64,000 bases of DNA from Candidatus Omnitrophota bacterium (GTDB taxonomy: Bacteria; Omnitrophota; Gorgyraeia; Gygaellales; Profunditerraquicolaceae): NCBI GenBank assembly GCA_963805065.1, contig CAWDSS010000010.1, positions 536,359 through 600,358 on the forward strand, read 5' to 3'. The position numbers were made by a program, and so were the translations under genes. The notes below the pieces were generated by a model, which was not told where the DNA came from, made no database searches, and worked only from the letters and a program-made list of their open reading frames with translations. This document shows positions 57,241-64,000 of this stretch, piece after piece (within the stretch, counting starts at the first letter, position 1; the number at the start of each line of letters is the position of its first letter).

Positions 57241-59403
57241 TTAGCTGGCTTTGAAGATGTCCTGATTAAGCGGAATATTACGAACCTTTATTTCTTCTAT
57301 GAAGGAAGGCACGTATCCGGTAGCCTGAAAATCTCCCAGGACTTTACCCTGGCTATCAATGCCTTTTTGTTTGAATAAAAAGATGTCGCGCAGGTCCACG
57401 TGCGTTTCATCTTTCATGCCGCAGAGCTCGGTTATCTGTATAATCTTACGGCTTCCGTCGGAAAGCCTGGAGGTATGGATAATCATGTCCACGGCTGAAG
57501 CAATCATCTCGCGTATTGACCTTAGGGGAAGATCGACTCCTGCCATAAGAATCAGGGAATCCATCCTCATTAAAACATCCTGGGTAGAGTTGGCATGAAG
57601 CGTGGTCATGGAACCGTCGTGCCCTGTGTTCATTGCCTGAAGCATATCCAGAGTCTCATTGCCGCGGCACTCTCCGATGATTATCCTATCAGGCCGCATC
57701 CTTAATGTATTCCTGAACAACTCCCTCATGGTAATTGCACCTTTGCCTTCTATGTTTGAAGGCCTAGATTCCAACCGCACCCAATGCTCCTGGCTCAGCT
57801 TCAACTCTGCCGCGTCCTCAATGGTTACTATGCGCTCGTTTTCAGGTATAAAGGAAGACAGTACGTTTAACATTGTGGTCTTTCCTGAACCGGTAGCGCC
57901 CGATATAATAATATTTTGCCTGGACAAAACACAGGCCTTAAGGAATTCCCCCATCTGCTGGTTTAAAGTATTTAACCTGACTGCTTCCTCTACGGTAAAT
58001 CTTTCTTTTTTGAATTTTCTTATGGTTAGCGTGGGCCCGGTCAAAGAAAGCGGGGGTATTATGGCATTTACGCGTGAGCCATCAGGTAACCGTGCATCTA
58101 CCATGGGCACCGACTCATCAATATGCCTGCCGATAGGGGCAATAATGCGTTCTATAATCGTCTTTACCTGCTCGTTAGTAATGAATCTCTTTTTGGTAAG
58201 TTCAATTTTTCCGTTACGCTCAACATAAATTTCATCTTTATTATTAACCATGATATCGTTTATTTCCGGGTCGGCGATTAAATCTTCTAATGGCCCCAGG
58301 CCCAATGCTTCATCCAGGATATCTTTAATCAGCTTCTTTCTCACTTCTGAAGATGAGATAAAACTACCTGACTCCTCTGCCAGTAAATTAGAGACGATGA
58401 CCTCGGCTTTCTCTTTCAGTTCTTTTGCCTTTTCTGCATCGGTGAATACTGCAAGGTCCAGCCGTTTTATGTTAAGCTCTTCTATGAGCCTGCTGTGAAT
58501 TTTACGTTTAAGCAAAAGCGTTTCATCTACCTCTTCCTGCGAAGGCATTAATTCAGACAAAGGGCTGGTCATGCCTAAAAGCTGCCAGAATTTTCCTGAC
58601 TTATCTACTAAGCCCGCTTCTTTTAAACGCAGCTCATCTATTTCCTGGCGCGCCATAAACAACTTATCATTGCGGGTTAATTCACGGACAAAATTCTTTA
58701 TACTTAAGGAGACTTTTGTCCTGGGGTTATCTATAACAACAGGAATCCCCCTGTTTACAGCCTGGCCCACCACTTTACCCTCAGAGGGGATATGGGCAAT
58801 TATATCTATGGGCAGGCTCCCCTTGACCTCTCTCCAGTTAATGCTCGACGCTGACTCTGACCTATTGAGGATGACTTTTACCATGCTGATGGGAAAATGC
58901 AGGAATTGCAGCGTATCCATAACCCATTTGGTTTGATAAATAGAGAGGATATCCGGCGTAACGACTAATAGTATCAGGTTGGCCTGATTTAAAACAGCAA
59001 CGCATGTTTCACTAAATCCCTTTCCGGCATCTACAATTATATAATCATAATATTTATCCAGTAAATTAAATACGTCTTTTATCTTGAAGGCGTCTAGATG
59101 CGGGGCTTGCTGGGGGTTAGATACACCCGCCAGGAAATCTATGCCTAAAGGAGAGCTTTTGGTCAGGTAATCATCTTTCTTAATATTTTCCGGAGATGTC
59201 TTAAGATGGTATATTAAATCCGCCATGGACTTCTGCGGCTTTAAATCCAGCATCCTGGCTATGTCTCCTACCGCCAGCACGTCCAAATCTATGAGGCAGA
59301 CTCTCCAGGAGAAATCCCGGGCTAAACTAACAGCAATGTTTGTGGCAAGCAGGGTTTTACCTACTCCGCCTTTTGTGCTAAAGATTATTATTCTTCTAGC
59401 CAT
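57241..59403 (-). CDS. cpaF: Fusion of a TadZ/CpaE-like ParA/MinD ATPase domain with the CpaF/TadA secretion ATPase
   Basis: 720 aa. N-terminal RRIIIFSTKGGVGKTLLATNIAVSLA (deviant Walker A). C-terminal T2SS-E core IIISGATGSGKTTMLNVL, IVTIEDAAEL and RMRPDRIIIGECRGNETLDMLQAMNTGHDGSMTTLHAN. Confidence 0.85.
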   Translation of the reverse strand: MARRIIIFSTKGGVGKTLLATNIAVSLARDFSWRVCLIDLDVLAVGDIARMLDLKPQKSMADLIYHLKTSPENIKKDDYLTKSSPLGIDFLAGVSNPQQAPHLDAFKIKDVFNLLDKYYDYIIVDAGKGFSETCVAVLNQANLILLVVTPDILSIYQTKWVMDTLQFLHFPISMVKVILNRSESASSINWREVKGSLPIDIIAHIPSEGKVVGQAVNRGIPVVIDNPRTKVSLSIKNFVRELTRNDKLFMARQEIDELRLKEAGLVDKSGKFWQLLGMTSPLSELMPSQEEVDETLLLKRKIHSRLIEELNIKRLDLAVFTDAEKAKELKEKAEVIVSNLLAEESGSFISSSEVRKKLIKDILDEALGLGPLEDLIADPEINDIMVNNKDEIYVERNGKIELTKKRFITNEQVKTIIERIIAPIGRHIDESVPMVDARLPDGSRVNAIIPPLSLTGPTLTIRKFKKERFTVEEAVRLNTLNQQMGEFLKACVLSRQNIIISGATGSGKTTMLNVLSSFIPENERIVTIEDAAELKLSQEHWVRLESRPSNIEGKGAITMRELFRNTLRMRPDRIIIGECRGNETLDMLQAMNTGHDGSMTTLHANSTQDVLMRMDSLILMAGVDLPLRSIREMIASAVDMIIHTSRLSDGSRKIIQITELCGMKDETHVDLRDIFLFKQKGIDSQGKVLGDFQATGYVPSFIEEIKVRNIPLNQDIFKAS

Positions 59404-59412
59404 TGTTTAATC

Positions 59413-61017
59413 TCAATTCAACCGGTATTCTATAGGGATATCTATCCAAAGGTCCTTTGAAACGATAGAGGGAGGAAAAGGCGGATAAGCAGAAATTCCT
59501 TTTACTACCGCGATTGCGTTATCGTCGATAATTTTGTAACCCGAGGAGTCTTTTACCAGGGCATCCATTAATTCCCCCTTATAAGAAAGGTGCAGGCTCA
59601 ACTTTACCGTGCCCTGGAAACCCGCATCTTTTGCAGCTGGAGGATAATTCACATTTTGCAATATGCGTTTTTGGATAACCTGAGAATAGCCCACTAATTC
59701 TGGAGGCAAATCTGAAGCAGCTGCCAAAGAGGTATTTTCAGTATTTTTATTTTCTTGCTTAGCCAGGGTAACCTTAGATTCTTTTCCGGAAACAATAGTA
59801 GGCGTGAGAGTGATGAATAATTCGGTTTCTCCGCGGTTGCCGGCGCCATCGCCTATTTTGGTTTGTTTTCTCCTGAAGAGTACGCCTAATATAGGCAAAT
59901 CGCTTAAGAATGGGGTTTTACGGATATCCTCCTCGTTTTTACGTTTTATCAACCCCCCTATTGCCAGGGTCTGCTGGTCATCGAGAATAAGCTCTGTTGA
60001 GGCATTACGCTTGGTCAAGGGATAAGCCAAAGCAGTAGGCTGAGAAACAAGGCCAAGGACGACTGCATCACCCACTTCGCTTACCTCCATCTTTAATGAT
60101 AATTTTATACGCCTATCTTCTCTGACTACGGGCTTTATTTTAAGTTTTATGCCGAACTCTTTGTAATCAACCGTAGTAGAATTTGACCCACTTGTACCGG
60201 ATACTACCTGGCTGGTTAATGTGGGTTTCTCTCCGCCGACTAACAACTCGGCTTCTTTGCCGCTTTGGCAGGCAAGTTTTGGCCGGGAAAGAATTCTTGC
60301 CTTTCCCTCCTGCACTAAAGCATCTATCGACCAGATGAATGCTGCGCGTTGAAAATTTACTACTTTAAATAAATTTGAAAATTTGGCTCCTGTGTCGGAA
60401 ATGCCTGGTGAACCCACCTCAGTTACACCTATTGCCCCTGGCCAGCTGAAGCCTAAAGTATTAGTAGCATCTCTGTCTAACTCCAACAACTGCACGTCAA
60501 TTTCCACTATGGCTTCTTCTTCCTTCACTTCCACTAAATCCATGATTTTTTCTTTTAGGGTTGTTAATGCATTTGTGATCTTTTCTTTATCCGAGACGTT
60601 TTTTACGCTACCCATAATAACCACTTTACCTTCGTCTTCATCCGCCTTGGAGTAAACTGCGGGAATATTAAGGTCGGCTAATATATTATCAACGCGGCCT
60701 TTTATTGGTTCAATATCTTCGGCGAAAACTTTTATTTTGTAAGACAGCTCGCCGAATTTATCCCAAATCACCAGGGTAGTGCTACCCGCTGCTTTCGGGC
60801 TAAGCGTTATTTCGCTACTGGTTACATTCATTACGTCGAGGATATTGGGATTGCCTATCACGATCCGCTTGGGGCCGTCTACCGAAAGCATTTTTGCTTC
60901 GCCTAACAATAGCTTGAGTTCCTCTGCCTGCGAATCAGCCGCATAATATTTGGCCGGAAAAATCAATACACCGGCAATCATCAGCATAATCAAGAAAAGG
61001 CGTCTTTTCATCGTCAT
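59413..61017 (-). CDS. cpaC: CpaC/RcpA-type secretin with a C-terminal TonB_C-like domain
   Basis: 534 aa with a signal peptide. Pilus N-domain (LLLGEAKMLSVDGPKRIVIGNPNILDV). Secretin core AIGGLIKRKNEEDIRKTPFLSDLPILGVLFRRK...ELFITLTPTIV. Then VNYPPAAKDAGFQGTVKLSLHLSYKGELMDALVKDSSGYKIIDDNAIAVVKGISAYPPFP (59413-59700), a TonB C-terminal signature. Confidence 0.8.
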   Translation of the reverse strand: MTMKRRLFLIMLMIAGVLIFPAKYYAADSQAEELKLLLGEAKMLSVDGPKRIVIGNPNILDVMNVTSSEITLSPKAAGSTTLVIWDKFGELSYKIKVFAEDIEPIKGRVDNILADLNIPAVYSKADEDEGKVVIMGSVKNVSDKEKITNALTTLKEKIMDLVEVKEEEAIVEIDVQLLELDRDATNTLGFSWPGAIGVTEVGSPGISDTGAKFSNLFKVVNFQRAAFIWSIDALVQEGKARILSRPKLACQSGKEAELLVGGEKPTLTSQVVSGTSGSNSTTVDYKEFGIKLKIKPVVREDRRIKLSLKMEVSEVGDAVVLGLVSQPTALAYPLTKRNASTELILDDQQTLAIGGLIKRKNEEDIRKTPFLSDLPILGVLFRRKQTKIGDGAGNRGETELFITLTPTIVSGKESKVTLAKQENKNTENTSLAAASDLPPELVGYSQVIQKRILQNVNYPPAAKDAGFQGTVKLSLHLSYKGELMDALVKDSSGYKIIDDNAIAVVKGISAYPPFPPSIVSKDLWIDIPIEYRLN

Positions 61018-61022
61018 CCTTA

Positions 61023-61979
61023 TTATTTAGATAAAGGGATTCTCTCTCTTCTTAAGCCGCGATATATCTCTACATACTCTGTTGGAGGCGCTTTCACGGT
61101 TGCTTCTTTTGTCTCTGCGCCTGTTGATTCAGCGTTTGGCATAATATATTTAAATAAGGTGTCCCATGTCGTGGGGACCGCCGGCTGGACTTGAGAATCA
61201 GCCGGAGAACGCAGGGTAAGACGAATCTTTCCCTGTTCCTGTACAAATGCAATAAGATTAGCTTCCTGGGGATTAAGCGCCAGGGTAATAAGCTGGCCAC
61301 TGTTGCTGCCACTGCTGCTTTCGGTTTTGCTGGCTTCCGCTGCTTTAGAATACCTGCCTACTTCCGGCAAAGCGGAAGCAGAAGGCCTGCCTATCTCGCG
61401 GCCCACGGCTAAGACTAACACATTCTGGAATAAAGGCGCAACCGCCACCTGGACGCTTTGTTTTTTATCAGGCGTATTAACCGGCACAGGAATCAATCCG
61501 ATTACATCTACATAATCGCCTGCCTTAATCATGCCGGCGAGGCTGGAAATATTGTCAACTGAAATAGTTATCGCCCTCTTACCGACGGGAGTAACCATTG
61601 CCAGGCTTCCCGCAGCAGCACCGCTGCTGGATGTTTGTTTAGGCCATACCAGTTTACTCAGGGTAACCTGTTCGCCCTTGGCTATGGGCACTATGGTGCT
61701 CATACCGTTAATCCTCTCTACAGAGCCAACTGCCTGCGGTTGTACGAATTGCTTGGGCGTCATTTGCACTTCCAGGTTTTCAGCTTCTATGGGCGAATCT
61801 TTAGGGATGTCTTTTTTTGCCACCAGGACCGGCACCGTGCTCTCCTGCACCTTTTGCATTCTATTCTTTGCCTGCTGCTCTAAGATGCTTCGCTGCTGGT
61901 CAAGATAAACCTTTACCAAAAATACCGCAATTACCCCTAAGACAATCCCGATTATTAAAATCAGCCTTTGTTTTTGCAC
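61023..61979 (-). CDS. cpaB: Flp pilus assembly protein CpaB/RcpC
   Basis: 318 aa with an N-terminal TM. SAF-like VPVLVAKKDIPKDSPIEAENL...VPIAKGEQVTLSKLV, followed by GKRAITISVDNISSLAGMIKAGDYVDVIG...VLVLAVG. Confidence 0.75.
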   Translation of the reverse strand: MQKQRLILIIGIVLGVIAVFLVKVYLDQQRSILEQQAKNRMQKVQESTVPVLVAKKDIPKDSPIEAENLEVQMTPKQFVQPQAVGSVERINGMSTIVPIAKGEQVTLSKLVWPKQTSSSGAAAGSLAMVTPVGKRAITISVDNISSLAGMIKAGDYVDVIGLIPVPVNTPDKKQSVQVAVAPLFQNVLVLAVGREIGRPSASALPEVGRYSKAAEASKTESSSGSNSGQLITLALNPQEANLIAFVQEQGKIRLTLRSPADSQVQPAVPTTWDTLFKYIMPNAESTGAETKEATVKAPPTEYVEIYRGLRRERIPLSK

Positions 61980-62951
61980 TTATTTTATCTCCCCTTCATA
62001 AACTTCTATTTTTGCGGAGCTCGATAATTTGCCGACGAGATCTTCAATTTTCTGCTGCTGTTTTAAGAAAACCAGCCCTCTTTTTATATCATCCCACATG
62101 TCAGCTAAGGGTTTCTGTTGGCCGCCTTTCTTTGCTTCTAATCTCAATATGTAGTAGCCGTCAGGCCCCTTGAAGATATTGCTGATTTTACCCGCTTCCA
62201 GGGAATCGGAAAAAGCTATGCTGTCAAACTGGGAAAACTTCTTTCCTTTTTGAATAAAACCTAAATCCCCTCCGTCTTTGGCGCTGGCAGACTTAGACCT
62301 TTCCTTTGCCAGGGTAGCAAAATCCGCTCCCTGTAACAGTTGAATCATTATATCCTTTGCCTCGGGCTCCGTAGCCACTACAATCTCCCTGACATTTCTT
62401 TCTTCGGGCGATTTTAATTGTTCTTTATAGGTATTATAATAATCTTCCACTTCTTTGGAAGTAACATCCACTTTATCTGCTTCTTGACGCACCAGCTGGC
62501 TGACCAAAAGATTTTGTTTTATTTTATCCATAGCCTTCTGGACATCTTCTGTCCTGTCCAATCCTCTGTCCAGGGCCTCTTGATACAGAAGCATCCTGCG
62601 CACTAAGTCATTCTTTAAATAATTTACCTTCTGTTCGTGAGTCGTAATCTTTAATTCGGGCTTTTCCGCCGGGACCATATTATTATAAGCATCAATTTCT
62701 TCATTTAACCCTTCCAGCGTTATGGGGGTATTATTTACCTTGGCAATAATAGTCCCTTTAACCGTAATCACAGGGGCTTCCTTTTTAGGCTCCTCTTTCT
62801 TAGGGGTAGCGAAATTAAGCTTGTCGCAGCCAGCCAAAGCTGAAAACGCAAAAGCAAAAGCTGAAAGCACAATTAACTGATATAACCTATTGCCTAAACC
62901 ATTCTTCATTATTGCCTCCGTGAAGTCATTGTTGTTTAGTTTCGCTGCCAC
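61980..62951 (-). CDS. PpiC/parvulin-type peptidyl-prolyl isomerase lipoprotein (SurA/PrsA-like)
   Basis: 323 aa. Lipobox FSALAGC. Rotamase core VREIVVATEPEAKDIMIQLLQGADFATLAKERSKSASAKDGGDLGFIQKG...GPDGYYILRL. Confidence 0.7.
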   Translation of the reverse strand: MAAKLNNNDFTEAIMKNGLGNRLYQLIVLSAFAFAFSALAGCDKLNFATPKKEEPKKEAPVITVKGTIIAKVNNTPITLEGLNEEIDAYNNMVPAEKPELKITTHEQKVNYLKNDLVRRMLLYQEALDRGLDRTEDVQKAMDKIKQNLLVSQLVRQEADKVDVTSKEVEDYYNTYKEQLKSPEERNVREIVVATEPEAKDIMIQLLQGADFATLAKERSKSASAKDGGDLGFIQKGKKFSQFDSIAFSDSLEAGKISNIFKGPDGYYILRLEAKKGGQQKPLADMWDDIKRGLVFLKQQQKIEDLVGKLSSSAKIEVYEGEIK

Positions 62952-63186
62952 CGCCGATAAATGAAATTATCTTGATTAATAAATCCGCGATTTTAGCGAT
63001 CAGGAACAGGAAGAAAAAGAAAAATGCATAAATACCCAGAATTAATACCCCCATCCAGCGCGGATTACCGGGTACAAGGCCTGCCAAAACAGCGATTCCT
63101 CCGATAACGCCTAAAAATAAAAAAATCCAGGCAGCGATTTTAACCACTAGACTGGAAGCCCTTAAAAACCCCAGGTGTTCCTTCAT
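62926..63186 (-). CDS. Small two-TM membrane protein
   Basis: 86 aa with two long hydrophobic helices. No family recognised. Confidence 0.45.
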   Translation of the reverse strand: MKEHLGFLRASSLVVKIAAWIFLFLGVIGGIAVLAGLVPGNPRWMGVLILGIYAFFFFFLFLIAKIADLLIKIISFIGGGSETKQQ

Positions 63187-63283
63187 GTTACCTCCTATTT
63201 TATTGTTATTTTTTTATCACAAACCCGGCCTGAATGCAAGAGAAATCTTAAATATTATAGCAACTCTGTATTAAAAGTCAATA

Positions 63284-63688
63284 TTAAACAAGCTTTGTGC
63301 TGAATTGCTTTTTCACCGATGGCCTGGTTAGGCAAAAAAACAAAATAGTATGATAAACAACGGAAATAACGTTCTTTATGCCGGAGGGGATGCTGGTTTC
63401 CAGCGCCCCGGAAAGGACAATAATACCGAAGAATATGAGAATTTTACTCAGGATAATTACAGTCGAGAAATATAACACGAGATAATAGGCTATGAGGTTG
63501 GATTTTAAAATACCTATGCCTATGATTAAAGAAGCTACGGAGGTTAATAATACAAACCCGAGGATTGCCGGTGGCTTATGGGAAGTGCCTGATAACAGGC
63601 TAAACACAACCGCAGCCAGAGTGACTGTGCCGATTATGATTTCAACGCTGCCGAAAAAAATTATTGCCCGGTGGATTCTGTTTGGCAT
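63284..63688 (-). CDS. Four-TM membrane protein
   Basis: 134 aa with four hydrophobic segments. No family recognised. Confidence 0.45.
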   Translation of the reverse strand: MPNRIHRAIIFFGSVEIIIGTVTLAAVVFSLLSGTSHKPPAILGFVLLTSVASLIIGIGILKSNLIAYYLVLYFSTVIILSKILIFFGIIVLSGALETSIPSGIKNVISVVYHTILFFCLTRPSVKKQFSTKLV

Positions 63689-63707
63689 AAAAGTCGGTAC
63701 TATGTAA

Positions 63708-63782
63708 TAGCCCCAACGAGATTTGAACTCGTGTACTCAGCTTGAGAAGCTGATGTCCTAGACCGGGCTAGACGATGGGGCC
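63708..63782 (-). tRNA. tRNA-Glu (anticodon CUC)
   Basis: Minus strand GGCCCCAUCGUCUAGCCCGGUCUAGGACAUCAGCUUCUCAAGCUGAGUACACGAGUUCAAAUCUCGUUGGGGCUA. It has a 7-bp acceptor stem (G1-U72 wobble), a GUCU/GGAC D-stem, an anticodon stem UCAGC/GCUGA with loop UUCUCAA, and a T-arm ACGAG-UUCAAAU-CUCGU. No CCA is encoded. Confidence 0.85.
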
Positions 63783-64000
63783 AAAGTTTCATTAAAATAA
63801 TAGCATAATTCTAAGGACTATCAATAATTATGTTGACCCGTCTTTGCAACTATTATATACTGATTTTATTTACAACCACTTAATGACTAATGCCGAAATC
63901 CGAATGCCTAATAAATGCCTAATTCTTAAATGTTTAAATGTCTAATTAAGCATTAGAAATTTAGACATTAAAAATTAATTAGGAATTAGAATTTAGAAAT

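Noticed and set aside
57359-61908. Plus-strand ORFs up to 189 aa opposite the cpaF, secretin and cpaB genes
   Set aside because: They are antisense shadows of confidently identified minus-strand genes.
63880-64000. AT-rich word repeats (aatgcctaat, ttaaatgt, ttagaaat/ttagacat) at the right edge
   Set aside because: This is low-complexity AT-rich intergenic sequence truncated by the window. There is no regular period or pairing I could defend as a functional element.

Overview
This is a 64-kb AT-rich bacterial window encoded almost entirely on the minus strand. Positions 1-43478 form one uninterrupted minus-strand reading frame (ATG at 43478, no stop before the window edge, at least 14,492 codons). 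It is the 5' part of a giant gene, and the supplied ORF track does not list it because it has no stop in the window. Hand translation shows a membrane-anchored mosaic: an N-terminal signal anchor, a C39-like cysteine peptidase, two Gly-rich hydrophobic modules, an SF2/SecA-like ATPase, a class I SAM methyltransferase, an SLT/GH23 lytic transglycosylase, a roughly 1,000-aa polytopic membrane block, about 7 kb of K/E coiled coil, a beta-rich G/N/S segment, and perfect 264-bp tandem repeats at the edge. At 20.86-21.16 kb a GC-rich tandem pair of covarying double hairpins sits in-frame inside the gene, followed by a consensus SD+ATG in another frame. Directly upstream (44.2-63.0 kb) is a Tad/Flp-type pilus locus. 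It contains TadB, TadC, a TadZ-CpaF fusion, a CpaC secretin fused to a TonB_C domain, CpaB, about ten Flp/TadE-like prepilins (one missing from the ORF track) and a 943-aa TadG-like Cys/Thr-rich protein. A mobile island splits this locus: an HTH/transposase-like gene, an IS110-family element, and a RayT-type Y1 transposase with GGGACACCC REP-like hairpins. The giant gene and the pilin operon each carry a perfect TTGACA-N17-TATAyT promoter followed by a leader with shared blocks resembling the c-di-GMP-I (GEMM-I) riboswitch. The giant-gene promoter and leader are bracketed by 40-bp inverted repeats. A tRNA-Glu(CUC) closes the window. The architecture resembles giant-gene loci reported from Omnitrophota-like uncultivated bacteria, but taxonomy and all domain calls rest on manual motif recognition and need computational confirmation.
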